Assembly: GCA_002269645.1 (NCBI GenBank) | Contig: NIVC01000032.1 | Span: 806,001-870,000, forward strand | Source: Macrostomum lignano | Lineage: Eukaryota | Length of the DNA: 64,000 nt | Direction of reading: 5' to 3' | Part shown: positions 46,365 through 62,405 of the stretch, piece after piece | How positions within the stretch are numbered: the stretch's first letter is position 1 | Layout of the letters: each line of letters begins with the position of its first letter | Translations under genes and position numbers: made by a program | Notes under the pieces: generated by a model | Databases searched by the model: none | Told to the model about the DNA's origin: nothing | Seen by the model: only the letters and a program-made list of their open reading frames with translations

Positions 46365-47975
46365 CTCCCATCCTCTCTCATTCTCTCCTTCCTTTCTCCT
46401 TCTCTCCCATTTTCTCTCCTTCTCTCCCATCCTCTCTCATTCTCTATCCTATCCTCTCGCCTTCTCTCCCATCCTCTCTCCTTTCTCCCACCCTCTCTCC
46501 TTCTCTCCCCCTCTCTCTATTCTCTCCCATCCTCTCTCCTTATCTCTCATCCTCTCTCCTTCTCTCCCATCCTCTCTCCTTATCTCTCATCATCTCTCCT
46601 TTTCTCCCATCCTCTCTCCTTATCTCTCATCCTCTCTCCTTTCTCCCATCCTCTCTCCTTTCTCCCACCCTCTCTCCTTCTCTCCCCCTCTCTCTATTCT
46701 CTCCCATCCTCTCTCCTTATCTCTCATCCTCTCTCCTTTCTCCAATCCTCTCTCCTTTCACCCACCCTCTCTCCTTCTCTCCCCCTCTCTCTATTCTCTC
46801 CCATCCTCTCTCCTTATCTCTCATCCTCTCTCCTTCTCTCCCATCCTCTCTCCTTCTCTGCCATCCTCTCTCCTTATCTCTCATCATCTCTCCTTCTCTC
46901 CCATCCTCTCTCCTTATCTCTCATCCTCTCTCCTTTCTCCCATCCTCTCTCCTTTCTCCCACCCTCTCTCCTTCTCTCCCCCTCTCTCTATTCTCTCCCA
47001 TCCTCTCTCCTTATCTCTCATCCTCTCTCCTTTCTCCCATCCTCTCTCCTTTCTCCCACCCTCTCTCCTTCTCTCCCCCTCTCTCTATTCTCTCCCATCC
47101 TCTCTCCTTATCTCTCATCCTCTCTCCTTCTCTCCCATCCTCTCTCCTTCTCTCCCATCCTTTCTCCTTCTCTCCCATCCTTTCTCCTTCTCTCCCATCC
47201 TCTCTCCTTATCTCTCATCCTCTATCCTTCTCTCCCATCCTCTCTCCTTTTCTCCCATCCTTTCTCCTTCTCTCCCATCCTTTCTCCTTCTCTCCCATCC
47301 TCTCTCCTTATCTCTCATCCTCTATCCTTCTCTCCCATCCTCTCTCCTTCTCTCCCATCCTTTCTCCTTCTCTCCCATCCTCTCTCCTTATCTCTCATCC
47401 TCTCTCTATTCTCTCCCATCCTCTCTCCTTCTCTCCCATCCTCTCTCATTCTTTATCCTATCCTCTCTCCTTCTCTCCCATCCTCTCTCCTTTCTCCCAC
47501 CCTCTCTCCTTCTCTCCCCCTCTCTCTATTCTCTCCCATCCTCTCTCCTTATCTCTCATCCTCTATCCTTCTCTCCCATCCTCTTTCCTTCTCTCCCATC
47601 CTTTCTCCTTCTCTCCCATCCTTTCTCCTTCTCTCCCATCCTCTCTCCTTATCTCCCATCCTCTCTCCTTATCTCTCATCCTCTCTCTATTCTCTCCCAT
47701 CCTCTCTCCTTCTCTCCCATCCTCTCTCATTCTTTATCCTATCCTCTCTCCTTCTCTCCCATCCTCTCTCCTTCTCTCCCCCTCTCTCTATTCTCTCCCA
47801 TCCTCTCTCCATATCTCTCATCCTCTCTCATTCTCTCCCATTCTCTCTCCTTCTCTCCCATCCTCTCTCATTCTCTCCCATCTTTTCTCCTTCTCTTTCA
47901 TCTTCTCTCCCTCTCTCCCCTCTTTTTCCATCTCTCCATTCCTCTACCTCTCTCCCTCTCTCCTTATTTTGAACT
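46365..47975. repeat. 20-nt CT-rich minisatellite CTCTCTCCTTCTCTCCCATC
   Basis: Direct reading. Confidence 0.95.
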
Positions 47976-48562
47976 CTCTTCCCCCTGAGGATAAAATTCT
48001 TTTCAAATCCCCATCCATGCGGGATGCAGTCAAGACACCCGATGGGCAGCTCAAACATTATCAAATGTCGATTTTCACCAACAAAAAACAAACCCAGATG
48101 CCCAGCAGTCGAATACTAAGTTCAAGCGGTTGCCCTCTTCATCCACAGCGGCAAAGCAATCTGCCACTGATTTTACAAGCAGCCACATGTGCTCATATGT
48201 CTGGCATAGATGATGCTTACATAGTGTCATTCTTGCTATACTACAAACCTACACCCACCACTACAAACCTTGTTATTACTGTGTTTACTCAAGACGCGCA
48301 ATCGTATATAATGTTGATTCTTATATGCTCCGGACTATATGAGATCAATCTGCGTTCTACCTCTGCTTCTACCAAATCTCGCGTATGTTTGTTTTGGATC
48401 CCTTGGCGGCCTGTAGCGGACCCTATCAACTGAGGCGAGGGGGGAGTCGTGCAGTGCTAAAACCCAAGCTTGTGCATTTCCTAACTTCGTGTGAGAGAAG
48501 GATTGATCCCCCGGTTATGGATGGATGACCGTGTCCCCGGCTTCTCCAATTTCCGTCAGTAA

Positions 48563-49262
48563 ATCTCCTCTCCTCTCCTCTTTCTCCCCTGTCTCCTCTC
48601 CCTCTCTCCCCTGTCTCCTCTCTCTCTCTCCTCTGTCTCCTCTCCCTTCTTTCCCGTCTCCTCTCCCCTCTCTCCCCTGTCTCATCTTCCTTGTCTCCTC
48701 TCCCCTGTCTCCTCTACCCTGTATCCCCTGTCTCCTCTCCCCTCTCTCCCCTGTCTCATCTCCCTTGTCTCCTCTCCCCTGTCTCATCTCCTTTCTCTCC
48801 CCTGTCTCATCTTCCTTGTCTCCTCTCCCCTGTCTCCTCTATCCTGTATCCCCTGTCTCCTCTCCCCTCTCTCCCCTGTCTCATCTCCCTTGTCTCCTCT
48901 CCCCTGTCTCATCTCCCCTCTCTCCCCTGTCTCATCTTCCTTGTCTCCTCTCCCCTGTCTCATCTCCTTTCTCTCCCCTGTCTCATCTTCCTTGTCTCCT
49001 CTCCCCTGTCTCCTCTATCCTGTATCCCCTGTCTCCTCTCCCCTCTCTCCCCTGTCTCCCTCCCCTCTCTCCCCTGTCTCATCTCCCTTGTCTCCTCTCC
49101 CCTATCTCATCTCCCCTCTCTCCCCTGTCTCCTCTCCCCTGTCTCCTCTCCCCTGTCTCCTCTCCCCTGTCTCCTCTCCCCTGTCTCCTCTCCCCTGTCT
49201 CCTCTCCCCTGTCTCCTCTCCCCTGTCTCCTCTCCCCTGTCTCCTCTACCCTGTCTCCCCTC
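48563..49262. repeat. 14-nt minisatellite CTCCTCTCCCCTGT
   Basis: Direct reading. Confidence 0.95.
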
Positions 49263-49292
49263 CTACTATGGCTACTCAAATGAAAAGCTCAC

Positions 49293-49472
49293 CTCAGTCA
49301 TGAGCGGCATGGCTTCCGCCAGTGTGCCGCCGCCTCCTGGATGATGCTTTCCAACAGTTCCAGACGAATTTGGTACCGCAGTTGCCGACTGACCTTGAAG
49401 CGGCATCGTGACGGCTTCGGCTTCGAACTCTGTGCGGAAATTTAGGAACAGGTCTTCTTTGCCTTCTTTGCA
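49293..49472 (-). CDS. Candidate internal exon (180 nt, phase 0-0), possibly protocadherin cytoplasmic domain
   Basis: GC-rich open frame between ACAG and GTGAG, isolated among repeats; no homology recognised. Confidence 0.35.
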
Positions 49473-49584
49473 CTGTCTACTTAGTTTTATAGCTTTTAGG
49501 GGCATTACTATGGTAATACGTCACGGGCTATGATCTCATTTCTGCAGTGACAGCTGGAATGACTACTGGATGTTAGGACTGTTA

Positions 49585-49815
49585 TGGTTGCTATGACTGT
49601 TATGACTGTTTATGACTGCTATGACTGTTTGTGATTGTTATGACTATTTATGACTGTTTATGACTATTATAACAATAGATGACTGTTGACTATTTATGAC
49701 TGTTGTGATTGGTATGACTGTTTATGATTATTATGAATGTTTATTATTGATATGACTGTTATGATTACCATGCCTGTTATGGCTGTTTATGACTGTTATG
49801 ACTATTTATTATGAC
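49585..49815. repeat. Degenerate (TATGACTGT[T])n repeat
   Basis: Direct reading. Confidence 0.85.
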
Positions 49816-50419
49816 TTTTCTAAGTTATCGTCAATCTTACTTGATTATTTAAGATTGCAATGAATGTTTATGAATAATAAGTGTAAATAGCTATAATATG
49901 CAATATTGGATGCTACTTTTATAATCCAAATTATAGCCATCGAAATGTGTAATCGAAATTTAGACTTTTTATCACCGTAGCAATCGGCAATTGCATACGT
50001 ATTCTCTGACATCAGAAGACAAATTTCTTCACCAGACCTTTAACCTTCTCTTGCGTCCTTTTTGGCACAAAGTCTGCTAGTTTAAAATCCGACTTCCTGT
50101 TTGTTTAAACCTAAACTAAAATGCTTTCAGCACGCGAAGAAGTTTGGACCATCTGCGCATCTGCTGAAGCTTTCTATTTCTGTCTCTGTTCTTTCGGGGC
50201 CCGGGTGGTTCGTTACTAGCAATTGCAGCTTGTCGTCGCCCTTTCTAACTTGTCTCTGCGTTTGTTTGATGCAGCAATTCTTGACCAGTAATAAACTAAC
50301 TCTATCAAATTGTCAGAATCTGTTTTGAAACGACTAATTGAAATTGGCAATGCTGCAGTGATGCACAGGTATTTGGCCTTGTACTTGAACCATTTTCGTA
50401 CTGATGTCCTTAACGTGAT

Positions 50420-51460
50420 GTCTTTAGTCTGGACAGGGTGTCTTTAGAATGGACAGTGTCTTTAGTTTGTATAAAGTATCTTTAGTTTGGACAGTGTCTT
50501 TAGTTTGTATAAAGTATCTTTAGTTTGGACAGTGTCTTTAGTTTGTATAAAGTATCTTTAGTTTGGACAGTGTCTTTAGTTTGTATAAAGTATCTTTAGT
50601 TTGGACAGTGTCTTTAGTTTGTATAAAGTATCTTTAGTTTTGACAGTGTCTTTAGTTTGTATAAAGTATCTTTAGTTTGGACAGTGTCTTTAGTTTGTAT
50701 AAAGTATCTTTAGTTTTGACAGTGTCTTTAGTTCGTATAAAGTATCTTTAGTTTGGACAGGGTGTCTTTAGTTTGAATAAAGTGTCTTTAGTTTGGACAA
50801 GATGTCTTTGGAATGGACAGTGTCTTTAGTTTGGACAATGTGTCTTTAGTTTGGACAAGGTGTCTTTAGTTTGGACACGATGTATTTCGTTTTGACAGGG
50901 TATCTTTAGTTTGGACAAGGTGTCTTTAGTTTGGACAAGGTGTCTTTAGTTTGGACACGATGTCTTTCGTTTTGACAGGGTATCTTTAGTTTGGACAAGG
51001 TGTCTTTAGTTTGGACACGATGTCTTTAGTTTGGACAAGGTGTCTTTAGTTTGGACACGATGTCTTTCGTTTTGACAGGGTATCTTTAGTTTGGACAATG
51101 TGTCTTTAGTTTGAATAAAGTATCTTTAGTTTGGACAATGTGTCTTTAGTTTGGACAAGGTGTCTTTAGTTTGGACACGATGTCTTTCGTTTTGACAGGG
51201 TATCTTTAGTTTGGACAAGGTGTCTTTAGTTTGGACAAGGTGTCTTTAGTTTGGACAATGTGTCTTTAGTTTGGACAAGGTGTCTTTAGATTGGACAGTG
51301 TCTTTAGTTTGGACAGGGTGTCTTTAGTTTGGACAAGGTATCTTTAGTTTGCATAAAGTATCTTTAGTTTGAACACGATGTCTTTAGTTTGGACAAGGTG
51401 TCTTTAGTTTGGACAAGGTGTCTTTAGTTTGGACAAGACGTCTTTAGTTTGGACAAGTTG
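50420..51460. repeat. About 20-nt minisatellite TGTCTTTAGTTTGGACAAGG with variant units
   Basis: Direct reading. Confidence 0.93.
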
Positions 51461-52185
51461 CTGAGCTAACACAAAAAAGCAGAGCTACCACTATTAGACT
51501 TAGACTATTGCAGTGTCCATCAGAATTCTTGAGTTCATTGTCGCAGTTCAAGGACCACCTCACGGCAACTTAAAGATTCTTAAATAAGCGCACAGAAAGC
51601 ACCTGATTGAAGCTAAATATGAGTAGCTTGAGCTCAGCAATATGAGGAGAGAATGTGACAAAAGAAATGAACTTTTTCTTTAAGTGGCCTTTTAAGTCGG
51701 GGTTGAAAAGCTCACTCAGACTGGCAAGATGAAGAGGACAGAAGTGATTACTGACGGTGGGCAGAGGTGTGACGACCGCTGGTCCATCCAATGAGGCCTC
51801 TTGTTTTCTCGGTGCAGCCATGCAGACCCAAATTCATTCAACTGAATTGCTGGCTGACTGCCTTGCCATTGTGGCCGGCGGTGGGATCCGAGAGCGAAGA
51901 GGCTTTAGTGGACACTTTAGGAATCCTACAGTGGGATCCATCTGTGCCTATAATTGCTTTGATTCTCACCTTTGTACACAATTTGCAGTAAATTTGTATT
52001 GGCCCCCGGCCAGTTAGGGTTCTCTCTAACAGTAGGTGCAGCGGACAGGAAATTAGCGATGATTTTTTGAGAGACCAAATTGGTAAAGAGAATTTCTTCT
52101 GGACTTGATTTATGACTCAACTGGCCGCTATTGCGGGACTAGCGCTCACGCGGGTGTGCTAAGCTAGAGGTTTCTAGAGTTAGCG

Positions 52186-53142
<957 letters not shown>

Positions 53143-54251
53143 GCTAAGACAAAGAGCTAAGACAAAGAGCTATTTAGTCTCCCATAAATCCGAAGGCAAG
53201 CTATTTACCAACCATCCCAGCTTCTCCGCGTTCTACGAGTAATCCGTCTCTCTCGCCTTGAGGCCCTGCCACATCATCGCCGATCCATTCAGTAGAGAGC
53301 GAACAAAGCCGGACTAAAGCCATAATCCGAGTGAGGTGGCCCCAGACCCCTGCTCCCATCCAGTTTTAAAGCAGATGAATTCGTACTTGCTTCGTTGGCG
53401 CTAATAAATCCCGATTAGAAAATAGAATCGAAAAAAGCTCGCCGGTTAGAATGAGAAAAAGAGCTCCTCTGTTCCGGCGAGATGCAGTTTTGAAGAGTTT
53501 CTCCAGCCCATGAAGCAAGTGTGCAAGCGGAATTGGGCTTAACCGCATGGCGCAGGGCCGGAATCTGATGGATGATGGCCTCACATGTGCTATTTGGCAG
53601 CGATAGAGATTTCCGCCTCCCTGGCTCTTTCTCAATTTCTCTTCCTTTCACACTGGGCTGGGTGGAAGGCCACGGGATCAAGCTAACAGCAATATCCCAA
53701 TGAGCCCCAGCGATTCCAGGCCACGAAGCGGCACCATGCGCTGCCGCTGGTCAGTCATCAATCAAGAGGGCCGGTTCTGCCTCTATTTTTCGTCTCCCGC
53801 TCTCCCCTCTTACTTAAAAAGCCCCTTATTCTCAAGCTAGAGCCTCACTCTCTATACCGCGTCCTTCCTGCGCTCTTCAATGTCGGCAAAAAAAGGATGC
53901 ATGCCATCTCATCCATCGACTTTCCTCAACAACATGAATTGAGAGGAGGGGGCAGGCAGGCCAATTTACATGGCGAATCAAAGAATTCATTTCCAGCCGT
54001 TATGTGGCGGCACAGCGGCTATTCTCACAGAGTCTTCTGGCTTAATAGAAGCAGCGGTGCAGCCACTGAGATTTGGCCACTTATGCCTGAAAGCGATGCT
54101 ATAGCAGCCTATTCAAACTGAATCTCAGGATCTCGTATCCGAGAGACCGGTTATTAGTCTTAGATGATTGTTTGCAAAGCGGTAAAGTCAGATTGTGACC
54201 CGGATGAATTTAAGCCCATGAATTGTAGATAAGCGAGATTTCTTTGCTCAC

Positions 54252-57162
54252 CTTTATTGTCGATAGATCTATCGATTTTCTTGACGTAGAAAAACAGCAC
54301 GAAGGCGAACACGATGACAATGATGAACACAACTACGGTTACCAGGGTTACTATGATGACGAAATTGCGGCGTTCAACGGGACCTTCGTCCAGTCTGTTG
54401 ACGGTCCTATGGCCGCCTCGCTCGTAGTTGTAGTTGCCACCGACTCCGCCGGCTTGGCCGCCGCGTCCGCCGTTGACGTCGCCGCCAAGGACCGGCGGTT
54501 GTGGCCTTGTCCGCACAATTGTGACAACGCAGGGATATTCACGGCGATGGCGCGGCTCGCTCGGATCCTCAACTCGAATAATCATCTCATAGATCTCTCG
54601 GTCAGCTTGCCTGGCCGGCAGTCTCTGAATGCACAGCTGCTGACTGTCGAAGCGGAACTGCACCGAGCCGTCCGTCACCGCATGACGCGCTCCCTGTCGC
54701 AGTTCAGTGATATTCTCCAACGTCATCACGGCTTTCGGCTGTTGAAAACCGGACGAATCGGCGAAATCATCCGGGTCGCGAATTTCGTAATCGAACAGAG
54801 TGCACCGGTGTTCCTCGGGGAGCACCTGTCGGTTGTAGAAGATTCCGCTGTCAATGAACTGCACTCGCAGCAGCTGCGGCGGCTCGTTGCAAGTCTCGCG
54901 TGTCTGCTGGCCTCCAACGCTTGACAGAGTCTGGCAGAGTCGCGGTGGGTGGTCGTTGATGTTGGTGACGTAGACAGTAACGGTGGTGACTGATGGAGAG
55001 CCCGGTTCGCTAGCCGATAGCCTTGACGAACCGGGCGCCAGAACTAGTGAGCTGGGGTTTTCTGCTAGAACCCGGAACTGGAAATACTGGTACTGCTCCC
55101 TATCTATCCGGGCCACCACGCGCACGTCTCCGCTATTGGGATCAATTCGGAAGTAGCGATCCGCTTCCCGCCGACCAAATCCGTCCAGGCCGCTGCCATC
55201 GGCCGTAAGAATACGAAAGTTCACGCGACTATTCTCCGGAAGTGTGTCAGCATCCGTGGCGTTGATACGACCGATGATAATGTCGCTTATTTCCTCCTGA
55301 ACGTTGAACCGGTAGCCTTTGTCGTATTCTACTATAATAGGCGGATTATCGTTGACGTCAATCACGTCAATGACGACTCCTGCTACACTGCGCATCGAAG
55401 CGTTATTCTCGTTGACGGCTGTCACATTGAATCTGTAGCTTTTCTGGTGCTCGTAGTCTAGCTCGCCATTGACGAGAATGTTGCCTTGGACGTCGATGCT
55501 AAATGGTGCCGCCCCAGGCCCCTGTAGTTTGTAGACGATACGATTGTTGGGAAAGGCGTCCCGATCAACGGCTTGAATCCGATTTCCGGCGTCCATTTGT
55601 ACAATTTTGCGTCTGGACGAGTTTTCCGGGACGCTGCCGCGGTACAGCTGTCGGCTGAATTCCGGCGGACAGTCGTTGACGTCTGAAATCGTTACAGTCA
55701 GAGTTGCTGTGGAAGAAGCCGCTGAGTTCATACTGTCCTGACAGGCCACAACAACGCGATGCTCGTCGCGTTGTTCTCGGTCAAATACAGCCACTGTTCG
55801 CAGATTGAACTCTTTTGTTAGTCCAAATACTTCTTTTTCTTCTAAGCGGAAGAGGCCCGCTCCACTGGTCAGGGTGCAATGGAGTCTTCCATATTCGGAC
55901 TTGAGCTCTAGGTCGGGGTCTTTAACCTCGACCGAAGCAATCTTCAGACCTGACGGGCTGTTCTCAAGAAGCTCCACTCTGTCACGACGATCCCCGGCGT
56001 TCCAAAAGGTGATGCTGATCAGATGGTCGTCAATGTTCTGCACGATGATAGACACGGAGACACTGCTTGAATGTCTTGGCATACCGAAATCGCTAGCAAC
56101 GATGTGGAAACTGAAGCTCTTGACCTGCTCGTAGTCTATGGCCAATAGAGTTTTCAATTCCCATAGATTAGGACCGCCTGACATCGGCTTGACTTCGAAG
56201 TACCGATCAGCTCTAAGTCGCGGCTCCACGCTTGGCGGCGGCTTGATGTCGCATTTCACTCGTCCGTTATCGTTGCTGTCTCGGTCTTCAACGCGAAACC
56301 GCGCCACCTGTTGCCTGCTGTAACTCCCGCCGTGGAACGAAGTAGCTGTCTCGTTCAACCGGATGGTGTAGCCAGGTTTGAAGTCGACAATCCTAGGGGT
56401 GTCGTCGTTCACGTCCTTGATTTCAATGAGAACAGACAGACTGCCAGTTAGCTGGGGCTCTCCCCCATCGACAGCTAGAAAAATGAAACCCATCTCTGGC
56501 GTCTCTTCGCGATCTATCGGCAGTGTTAGTCGAAGCTTCGGCGTTAGTGGCCACTGACTGTCGATGAGCAGGAAGTGTCTATCAAAGGTGACATTGCCCG
56601 GCAGCTTGTTGGAGATTTTGTACTCCTTGACGCCATTCTCAGGCGTGTCCGCGTCCGATGCTGCCGGCAGCTCCAGCTCGTATCCTGGTCGGCTATCCTC
56701 GCTGAGGCTTAAGTACACCCGATCGATGTGGTTCTCAAAGTTCGGCGGTGAATCGTTTACGTCATCGATGAGCAGACGGATGTAGAACTCCCGGGTTTGG
56801 CTAGTCGCTAGGCGGACTTCAATTCGCAGGAGTTTGCAGCATTGCTCGGGACACGGCGAGCCGGAGCGGCACACCTGTTCGCGGTCCAGCGCGCCCTGCA
56901 GGCCGATCTGCCCGTCGCTGAGTATGTGAAACGGGTAGGCCTCTTTCTCCTTGAAGAATGAGATGCGCCTAGCGCTGTCTGCTTGAGCGTCGCCCAGTTG
57001 GCTGCGCAGCAGAGGCATCAGGTCCATGCGGAACGTCGTTGTGCCCTCTCTGACGGTTCTGGTTGCCAGCAATGGCGGGCTGTACACTGAATGGCAGGGA
57101 AGGAACTGCAGGAAGTTTAGGATCACTAGCACCAGAGAATGCTGCACTGCTAACGTTTTCAT
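54252..57162 (-). CDS. Protocadherin: signal peptide, 7 cadherin repeats and TM in one large exon
   Basis: ATG at 57162 (MKTLAVQH...); EC1 with the DREQVC...C protocadherin motif; DxNDxxP linkers and DRE/DYE motifs; TM FVIIVTLVTVVVFIIVIVFAFVLFFY. Acceptor TTTCAG before 57193; GTGAG donor at 54251, phase 1. An unspliced read-through would stop at 54160. Confidence 0.93.
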
Positions 57163-59219
57163 GCTTCTTTTATGCTCCTGTGTTAGTGGCGATCTGAAAC
57201 AAAACAAAACGTGTTTTGATTAGTTCCCATTCTTCATTACATCGCCTAAGAATTTTAAAGGCATGGAATTTGAAAATTATACACTTCAGATCTTCTACAC
57301 TTTGTCACTTAGTCATTCTGTCTGTCTTTCACTTCTCACTTCATTCCGGCAGCAGAGAGGGCTGTCTAATTTTCCTGGCCTCTCGCAGTTCACTTCCTAT
57401 AGCTACCTCGGTAAATTTCTGCGCACTGGGGCATACCCTCCTTCCCCACGCCGCCCCCGCCTCCTAATGATCCAGTCGGGGAGCAGGCCTTCAATTTTGC
57501 GAGCATAAAATTTGCTCGCCCAGGCCATTAAGCCCTCCCCTTAGCCGTGCCCGCTAACCCGGACTCAAAGCGGTGCGGTTCTCGGGTCTATCCATATATT
57601 TATCCATCTATATTCTCTCGCTCGACTGCTGACAATTATGCTACTTCCCTCGTCTATATTAAACAGCTATACGGACCCTGGTGGCAGGCTGAAACTCGGG
57701 AGAATGATGCAACGAATGGCAGCGCGGTGCATGTTTATATACTTGAACGTTCTGCCAGCTTGGGAACTCTCTGATTTACGAGTATATTGCGCTCAGTAAG
57801 ATGAGCGTAAGTAGAATGGCCAATTGCCAGTTTAGAAACTCTTAGCCTAGTAGCCAGGGGCGGATAAAAAATAGGCTGAGAGGGAGTAAAATTCGATTTG
57901 CCCTAGCAGAAATTGCCAGAGTGTGAGCACAGATATTGCATCTGCGCTCAATAGGGGCCCTCAGCTTCTCCACTCGATTCAGTCTCCGCTCACACTTTCT
58001 CCTCGATGCCGACGTCTACTCGCTTTAGCCGAAATCCCTGAAATCTTTCCAAATAGTTTTGCGCTCTATTCACTCCAACTGCCCCCCAGCAGTCCCAACC
58101 CCCTGTTTTCCATCTACCCGCCTCTCCCGCTTCGCTCCCCTTCTCTCTCTCTCTCTCTCTCTCTCTCGCCGTGTCCGCCATCGCTGCCGCCCGATGTCCA
58201 TCGAATCGGCAAGCCGCTGAAATTAAATTGCTCGATTGCATCCACTCTAGCTCTATATATCGCTTCTGTGTGTTGTATTGCATGCGTCTGTGTGTGTCCC
58301 AGAGGACTTTCTGCCTCTCTCTCTCTCTCTCTCTCTCTCTCACAGGCTCTGTCTTTTTCGCTTGGTCAAGCTGGGGGCAAGAAAATATGATTCACCGGAA
58401 TAGTGAGGTGCCAGAGAGGAATGTTTCACCGAATCCAGTCCAGTTTCGAGTTCAAAGTGTTCGGGTTGATGAGGGGGATCGACAGTTCGTGCGAAAATTC
58501 CCCGTTTTGCAAGATCGGGGGGGATTTGCTACAAAAGCGTTGCGGCTTGTTTTTGCAACAATCAAAGAATGAAACGTTACTATTTCTTGGGAGCGCGTCT
58601 GCTTCTGGCTTGCGCCTTGTAATGTCAATACTGTGCAGCACGAACAGAGCAAGAATTTCAAAGTCTCCTAAGACCCATATAGGCTTGCTTTTAGCATGAC
58701 AATTGTGACACGTGGAACCGTGATGACGAAAGGACGGCATATTTTCTCCTGTGGTGTTTGCTCAGTTCCCCGCGGCGTGACTTCATCACAATTTCTCTTA
58801 TCTATCAAATATAAACTTCATCTAGCCATTGCGTGTCTTCGATTGCGGCAATCTGTCTATCTGCTGACAAGGCGATATTTGTAACGCGTACAGTAAGTTT
58901 ACCCAACTGGCATTGACAGGATCATGGATCATTCCGGGCATTGGGCAGGCAATTCTCTGAAAGTCAAATGTTGCAGCGAAGGTTGGAAAAAACGTTTTGA
59001 TGGATTACAAAAAACACAACCAGTCGTCTGGTTAAAGAAATTAAAGAAATTGGAAATCTGATACGGGATGAGTCTGCTCAGCTCAAACGATTCCGTGTCA
59101 CTGATATCCAAGTGTACAGACTGATTTGACACCCTTTTTTCATGCGCAGACCTGATACAGTATTCATCTTTAGTGCTACTGATGATGTTGTTGGTAATCT
59201 GTAGTCTTGCCAACCATTC

Positions 59220-59358
59220 CTGTCTGCCTGTCTGTCTTAGTGTCTGTCTGTCTGTCTGGCTGTCTATCTTAGTGTCTGTCTATCTTAGTGTCTGTCTGTC
59301 TGTCTGGCTGTCGATCTTAGTGTCTGTCTATCTTATTGTCTGTATGTCTGTGTGTCTG

Positions 59359-59427
<69 letters not shown>

Positions 59428-59472
59428 GCCTGTCCGTCTGTCTATCTGTCTTTCTGTCTGTCCGTCTGTCTT
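59220..59472. repeat. (TCTG)n microsatellite
   Basis: Direct reading. Confidence 0.93.
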
Positions 59473-61094
59473 TCTATATCTGTTTATTGCCTATCTACAC
59501 AAATTTATCAAGTTTCAAGTGTATTACTTCATTCGAACAAGCGTGCTATCAATATTCAAGCTAAGGAATAGCAGAGCAGTGTGGGCCTGAGCTATTCCAG
59601 GCAACCACCTACGCATCAGACCTTCATGTAAATAGCAACGTCATACATAAATTGAGCTTGCTCAAATTTATATCCTAATTAAGATCCCATTCAAGATTCG
59701 GACAGGGACTTAGCTTTGACAAAGTCAAAATAGCCTTGGACTTGGAGCGCTTTGAATTCGACGCGATATGTAGAACACTGCTCAATCAGTCAATATAAAA
59801 ATATCTATCCAAGATTGTAAAACCTATTCTCATTAGTTGGCAATCCGCCCACCACTCTAAAGTCATGAAGTGCCTTACTTATCTCTCTGCAGTTGTTGGA
59901 AACTTCAATATTAGCTGAGGCCGGAAAGTCAGGTCAAAGAGGGAGTTGGTTATAAAACCGCGTTCTAGTCTGCACTCTCATTTCCTGCTTGCAATGGAAC
60001 GTAGAAAAAACTCTTTGCAGATGTGTGCTGGGTTTGTTTGGACAACAAAATGCTCTTTAATGGTAGTGATAGGCATTTGGACTTTTGAATGTCTTTAGTT
60101 GGACAACCAGAAATAAGGTGCCAGTTCAAAAGAGACGCTGGCATAAGGATGGCTTAATCGATGCATGCTCCGAGCCTTCGTCACGTGACTTTGACCCCTT
60201 GTCTACTTTTCCCACCTTAATTGCTAGCTACTTTGACAAATGAGCTAATAATTCTTGTAGGTTATCTCGCAGTTCATATAGTTTCATTGCTAATTAGGCT
60301 AATTATATTAGCCTGCATATTAGGATAGCTAGAGCAATGTAAATGGAGATATCCAATAAGTAATAGAACCTGCTAAATGATTCTTACCTGGCAAATCTAG
60401 AGAAAGTTGGAAAAGTCCAAACGAGAGCTATACCGTTTTCTAGATCTTTCTTTGAACTAACCGCGTCAATTCAATTGTACAGTTGCATTTCAAACTCTCG
60501 CTATATTAGCTGTACCGTTTTGATGAAATCGCGAGCTGGTTCGGCCCAAATTGAAGACTTGGCTGCCTTATTCCAACAGATTTTTTACTCTCTCCGTATC
60601 TGTGCCTTTGAAAAGGCTTTGTGGATGGAAACGTGTTTAGGCTTGAAAGCTCGTTGATTGGCTAAGGAATTCTGACAACCAATTGGGTCGATTTGTTAAA
60701 AACGTTACTTGAATAAATGTGAGATCGCGGGCCCGATGGCTATCATCCCGATAAATAGTTTGCATTTTGTAAAACTTGGAGATTTCAATTTTAAAAGATT
60801 TGTGATTTTATAGTGTCTAATTTAAATGCTTTTTCGTTTTATTGCTTCGTAATTTTGATTAAAACGTCTGATTCTTACCTAACACGCTTATCTTGCTACT
60901 TGTAATAAGTAGAGATTTTAGCATTTTCCTGCCCTTTTTACGACTTGCGAAAATGACTAAATATACGTTCGTAGATACTTGATACAATAAAAATCCATTC
61001 AAAGGCAAAATTCAGCGGTGTCTATGGGCTTACCAACTTACAAACTAATTTGTCAACCTGATTGGCTTTATACGAGCTAGTCTATATGGTCGAG

Positions 61095-62405
<1,311 letters not shown>

